DNA of 20,266 nucleotides from IMG/VR virus record IMGVR_UViG_3300027836_000008. One strand, 5' to 3'. Within the stretch, counting starts at the first letter, position 1. The number at the start of each line of letters is the position of its first letter. The notes beneath the pieces were generated by a model. That model was not told the origin of the DNA and did no database searches. It worked only from the letters and a program-made list of their open reading frames with translations. The position numbers and the translations under genes are program-made. Origin of the DNA: a virus. Shown here piece after piece: positions 16,525 to 20,266 of this stretch.

Positions 16525-17184
16525 TTAGTTAAATTTTATCCAGTGTGTCTTTTTATCAACACCCTGTTCAACTAATCTTTTAAATGGAACAATATCGTAT
16601 GCAATAGTGATTCTAAAAGTATCTTCTTTCCAATCGCCTCTGCTATGTGGATGTCCATTTTCTACAACTATCATTCTATTGTTAATGTTTTTATTTTCAT
16701 AAACTGTATCATCTTTAAGTTTGTAATATGTTGAAGATGTTTCTGCATTTACACAATAATATCCATGAAAGTCAGGAGCGGGGTGACCTCCTAGGTGATC
16801 ATGAAACAGCCTACTATTTTTTAATGGGTCGTGAGATAAGTTTTCTGTTTTACCTTCATAGTTAAACCAGCCACGAACCATATAATCCATTTCATCAAAA
16901 TCGAATCCGTAGTCTGCTGAGGCCTCTCTTGTACACGATAACAATTCTTTATATAAAGTTTTAATGTCTTTATTGTCAAACTTAAAGATATTATATTTTT
17001 TATTTAACTGACCAGGCAGGTTGTTAAACATATTGTATTTTCGAACCAAAAGAGCGTTTAGTTCATTTTCTTCTGGGAGATCATTATTTAGCATCTCTTT
17101 ATACTTAAGGGTAAGATACTCTTGTAGCCCTTTTAGGTCTATATCTAAATTACGCTCAAATATCTTATACTCTGAATCGCTCAT
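16525..17184 (-). CDS. Putative 2OG-Fe(II) oxygenase-like protein, HxH type (paralogue 3)
   Basis: GWFN...HDH...FHGYYCVNAE...GHPH...RITIAYDIVP, resembling the TIGR02466/2OG-FeII_Oxy_5 layout (WxN, HxH, GxYY, H, RIxIAF/Y). Confidence 0.7.
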   Translation of the reverse strand: MSDSEYKIFERNLDIDLKGLQEYLTLKYKEMLNNDLPEENELNALLVRKYNMFNNLPGQLNKKYNIFKFDNKDIKTLYKELLSCTREASADYGFDFDEMDYMVRGWFNYEGKTENLSHDPLKNSRLFHDHLGGHPAPDFHGYYCVNAETSSTYYKLKDDTVYENKNINNRMIVVENGHPHSRGDWKEDTFRITIAYDIVPFKRLVEQGVDKKTHWIKFN

Positions 17185-18056
17185 GACACCTGGTACCTTT
17201 TCTCTATGTATCTTTTTCCACCAATATTATCTAATTCAGAAAATCTATTATATTCAATATCATTAAAACTAAATGGCAGTTTGCTCAATAGAGAGATCTG
17301 TAAGCCTGTTTTGGAAATAAACCTAGAGGGATCTTCATACTTTAAATAACTGCATTTTTGATTAATAAGGATATCCAGCAGATCATTATAATTGTGGTTA
17401 ATAGAAAAAGGAACATAGTCTTTTTCTAATAGACTTTCTTTTTTGTCTTCATAGAAATTAGAAGGTAGGCTATATATATTAATATCATTATTTAAAAATG
17501 CTATAGAAAGATACTCATCAATGCCATAGTATTTAAGTTGATAAGGAATATTGATTTTGAGCAAATCTTCAAACCTGCCAAACATAAAACTTTGATCAAC
17601 ATATCCTGTATTATGTACTTGGTTTGAGTACTCATATGTTTTATCAATATGGAATCCGTCTGTAATGGAAGTCTTAACGATTCCCCTGCCAGAAAAAATA
17701 GAACTATCTGGCAAATCAGTGATCAAAGTATCGTCCCAGTTTAATGGCAAGACATATGGCTTTGAGAGAAAAAGAAAGTATTGGTAGTCTTTATTTTTTT
17801 GTGCTTGAATACAAGAATCCCTATATGTTAGCGGACTTGGAATTTCATCCCACCACACAGGATTATAAAAAACATTCTTATACTGCCTAAACTTATCAAG
17901 CCTAGTTAGATTATTCTGATCATCTATATAGATATCAAGAACAGAGTTACTACCTGCATTTGAGATTAAAGAATCAACGACTGATAATAACTCTGATTCT
18001 TTATATCCGTATACGTGTACAAGAATCTTGTTTTGTTTTATGCTAGTGGAATCCAA
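17181..18056 (-). CDS. Glycosyltransferase-like protein (GT-A fold, GT60/Skp1-hydroxyproline GlcNAc transferase-like), catalytic motifs degenerate
   Basis: ILVHVYGYKESEL...SLISNA, YFLFLSKP...NWDDTLI and FMFG...YYGIDEYLS...INIYS track the recalled family pattern IFVSIASYRDxEL / YxLQIDSH...WDxxLI / FxFA...FxGEE...S...YDIY. TTG start with an AAGGAG SD. Confidence 0.6.
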   Translation of the reverse strand: MDSTSIKQNKILVHVYGYKESELLSVVDSLISNAGSNSVLDIYIDDQNNLTRLDKFRQYKNVFYNPVWWDEIPSPLTYRDSCIQAQKNKDYQYFLFLSKPYVLPLNWDDTLITDLPDSSIFSGRGIVKTSITDGFHIDKTYEYSNQVHNTGYVDQSFMFGRFEDLLKINIPYQLKYYGIDEYLSIAFLNNDINIYSLPSNFYEDKKESLLEKDYVPFSINHNYNDLLDILINQKCSYLKYEDPSRFISKTGLQISLLSKLPFSFNDIEYNRFSELDNIGGKRYIEKRYQVS

Positions 18057-18673
18057 TGCTGCTCCTTAGTATTCATCATTTGACTCATAGGAACTACATC
18101 ATATGCAATTGTGATTCTGAAGTCATCCCTATCCCAACTCTGAATTCCATGCGGATGACCAGTTTCGGATAAGATGGCACGATTATTAATATTTACATTA
18201 GAAAAACGCTGACCATCTTTTCCACCAATTTTATAGTATGTATTAGATGGTTCAGCATTTACACAATAATAGCCATGGAAGTCTGGAGCACCCTTTCCAT
18301 CCATATGATCATGAAGGTACTCATCTGGCAAAGGTTCTGGCTTTTTAAACTTATCAAAGTTAAACCACCCCTGAATCATATAGTTGTTATCTTTAAAGTT
18401 AATTCCGTAGTATTCACACGCCTCTTTAATCATGTCTGAAACAGCAGAGTAAACATTGTGAATTTCTTTGCTATGAAACTGAAAGATGTTGTATTGATTT
18501 CCAAGTTTTGTCGCAACTGCATCAAACTTCAGTTTAGCAAAGTCTTCCTTTGTTATACCTTCAACACGACCCTCTGACATCTCAGACATCTTTTGAGTTA
18601 AAAACTCTGTCAACTTTTCTAAATCATTATCAACAAATCTTTCAAAAAACTTATGCGATGGCTTCTCTATCAT
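18038..18673 (-). CDS. Putative 2OG-Fe(II) oxygenase-like protein, HxH type (paralogue 2)
   Basis: HKFFER, YNIFQF, YMIQGWFN, HDH, APDFHGYYCVNAEPS, GHPH, RITIAYDVVP, QHWIPL. Start moved to ATG 18673 (ATGA overlap). Confidence 0.7.
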   Translation of the reverse strand: MIEKPSHKFFERFVDNDLEKLTEFLTQKMSEMSEGRVEGITKEDFAKLKFDAVATKLGNQYNIFQFHSKEIHNVYSAVSDMIKEACEYYGINFKDNNYMIQGWFNFDKFKKPEPLPDEYLHDHMDGKGAPDFHGYYCVNAEPSNTYYKIGGKDGQRFSNVNINNRAILSETGHPHGIQSWDRDDFRITIAYDVVPMSQMMNTKEQHWIPLA

Positions 18674-19299
18674 AGTAGTGGCAACCAATGCTGTTCTGAT
18701 GTGTTTGCATTAATAAGTGATTGAAGAGGAACAATATCGTATGCGACAGTAATTCTTGGACCATCCCAGTCCCAGTCTGCTTGTGCATGTGGGTGTCCCA
18801 TTTCAGAGATAATCATTCTGTTGTCTATATTATGATTAGCGACTTCTCTTGCTGGATCATTAAAGATTCGGTAATAAGTTACTGATGGTTCTGCCTTAAC
18901 AGAATAATATCCGTGGAAATGTGGAGCAAATGGGCCACCGTGGTCATGCCAGTTCAACTTTCCAGTCTTATTATAATTAACGTTAAACCAGCCCTGCACC
19001 ATATAGTTTTGCTTGTCAAAGTCAATACCGTAGTAATCGCAGGCCTCTCTGGTTACTTCTGAGACACTCTTATATAGTTTATAAAGATCTTCATTTAAAA
19101 ACTGAAAGACGTTATACTCTCTCCACTTAACTGTCGAGATACTACCAGATTCAGTCCAAAACTCTTTTTCTCCAAGAGTCTTAATTCCTGGCAGGGTTGC
19201 ATCTTTAATTCTATCTGACTGCAGTAATAGATATTTAGAAAGTCTATCTGTATCAATATCTAGATGTCTGTCAAAGAACTTGTGTTCTTTTGTGCTCAT
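18670..19299 (-). CDS. Putative 2OG-Fe(II) oxygenase-like protein, HxH type (paralogue 1)
   Basis: HKFFDR, YNVFQF, YMVQGWFN, HDH, APHFHGYYSVKAEPS, GHPH, RITVAYDIVP, QHWLPL. ATG 19299 has an AAAGGAG SD, with an alternative ATG at 19317. Confidence 0.7.
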   Translation of the reverse strand: MSTKEHKFFDRHLDIDTDRLSKYLLLQSDRIKDATLPGIKTLGEKEFWTESGSISTVKWREYNVFQFLNEDLYKLYKSVSEVTREACDYYGIDFDKQNYMVQGWFNVNYNKTGKLNWHDHGGPFAPHFHGYYSVKAEPSVTYYRIFNDPAREVANHNIDNRMIISEMGHPHAQADWDWDGPRITVAYDIVPLQSLINANTSEQHWLPLL

Positions 19300-19323
19300 G
19301 TTGTCTCCTTTTAACATATTATC

Positions 19324-19329
19324 ATTATA
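19324..19329 (-). promoter_or_regulatory. Possible -10 box (TATAAT) for the oxygenase/glycosyltransferase operon
   Basis: GTGTATAATGATAATATG in the only intergenic gap of the island, 6 nt before ATG 19317. Confidence 0.5.
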
Positions 19330-19331
19330 CA

Positions 19332-20069
19332 CTATAGGTATTCTTTTCTTCTCCAGGCATATTTTTTATAATACCCAAAAAGTCTGCTTCTTCTATTTTC
19401 TAACTCATAATCTTTTTTATTAATCTCATTTTCATCTGCTGAAATCTCCATCTTCCAGTCTTCTCTTTTAAAAGGGACTAGTTGAAAGATTGGGGTACCT
19501 CTTGGTATCGTTCCCATAAACTCTTTTTTTAAAAAGAAGGTGACAAATACTGGTATACCCATTAGGTCTGACTCAATAATACCAGAAGGAACTATAAATG
19601 GCAAATCAAACCTATTCATAGGATGTGTAAGTAATATAGAGTATCCTGGCGGTGTCTCATAATACCAATGCATTCTAAACCCAAAGTGTATTGGGTGATA
19701 CCCAGTTGGGATTGGTATATCCGCTATGTATCGTTTATCTAGCATCAAGAAGTCTTCGTTATCCCACGAAATATGAGGCTTGCCATCTGGATCTAGAGAA
19801 ACATGCAGATCTTCTGTAAGCCTATACATATATCCTGCCGTCATTGCATCTCTGAATGGATAGCACATCTTAGTAGATACGTTAGCGCCGTCTGTTCCTC
19901 GATCATTAACAGGATTAAGAAACTCTAGTTTATTTGTATTATAATGTTGTGCTAAATCTTTATACCATTCTGGAATATGCTTTATCGCAGGGTCAGGTGG
20001 CAAAACATCTAAATTATTATACATGTTTATGTCACTAGGCAAAAATCTAATTTTGTTGGTCAATGCCAT
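19332..20069 (-). CDS. DUF6065-like protein (possible dUTPase-like fold, function unknown)
   Basis: IPEWYK, KMCYPFRDAMTAGY, ETPPGYSILLTHPMNR, SGIIESD and IPRGTPIFQLVPFKREDW, a pattern recalled from phage DUF6065-type proteins. Confidence 0.6.
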   Translation of the reverse strand: MALTNKIRFLPSDINMYNNLDVLPPDPAIKHIPEWYKDLAQHYNTNKLEFLNPVNDRGTDGANVSTKMCYPFRDAMTAGYMYRLTEDLHVSLDPDGKPHISWDNEDFLMLDKRYIADIPIPTGYHPIHFGFRMHWYYETPPGYSILLTHPMNRFDLPFIVPSGIIESDLMGIPVFVTFFLKKEFMGTIPRGTPIFQLVPFKREDWKMEISADENEINKKDYELENRRSRLFGYYKKYAWRRKEYL

Positions 20070-20266
20070 TCCTTTTTATGCCAAAAATTCTTTTTATAAT
20101 AGTTAAAGAACTTGCTTCTAATCAGCATGCGCTGTGCCTTTTGATTTTCTTTAGAATCCTTATACTCAACATACTCGCTATGCCAGGACTCTCGCTTGAA
20201 AGGAATTACTTGTGCAATGGGTGTTCCCTTTTCAATAATGCCCTTAAAAGTATTTTCAACTTTGAA
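20060..20266 (-). CDS. DUF6065-like protein, C-terminal part (paralogue, truncated by the window)
   Basis: Manual translation FKVENTFKGIIEKGTPIAQVIPFKRESW...YYKKNFWHKKEWH* aligns with EFMGTIPRGTPIFQLVPFKREDW...YYKKYAWRRKEYL of the neighbouring gene. Confidence 0.75.
   Translation of the reverse strand, partial: FKVENTFKGIIEKGTPIAQVIPFKRESWHSEYVEYKDSKENQKAQRMLIRSKFFNYYKKNFWHKKEWH

Noticed and set aside
677-17266. All other short plus-strand ORFs in the track
   Set aside because: Each lies wholly or largely antisense to a well-supported minus-strand gene and has no recognisable motif.
1-20266. tRNA genes, CRISPR arrays, mobile elements, alternative genetic code
   Set aside because: Intergenic gaps are too short, and I saw no cloverleaf, repeat-spacer, transposase or homing endonuclease signature. 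TAA, TAG and TGA all end genes, with dense coding under the standard code.

Overview
This window is a segment of a tailed dsDNA bacteriophage genome with siphovirus-like morphogenesis genes, and all credible genes lie on the minus strand. In transcription order (right to left) it begins with an accessory island: two DUF6065-like paralogues, three paralogous HxH-type 2OG-Fe(II) oxygenase-like proteins and a degenerate GT60-like glycosyltransferase. Next come a class II (B12-dependent) ribonucleotide reductase coupled to a prolyl-4-hydroxylase-like oxygenase, a 1264-aa LamG-type virion protein and a hypothetical gene. The morphogenesis block follows: portal, prohead protease with a nested scaffold, major capsid protein, head-tail joining proteins, major tail protein, two paralogous tail assembly chaperones and the start of the tape measure gene. 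Extended -10 promoters (TGnTAnAnT) recur, some apparently leaderless, which would fit an actinobacterial host (inference only). Two observations stand out. The tail chaperone G/GT pair appears to be made by gene duplication with separate promoters rather than by a programmed frameshift. There is also a candidate hydroxylation-plus-glycosylation system that may decorate the virion. All family assignments come from motif recognition by eye, and no searches were run.
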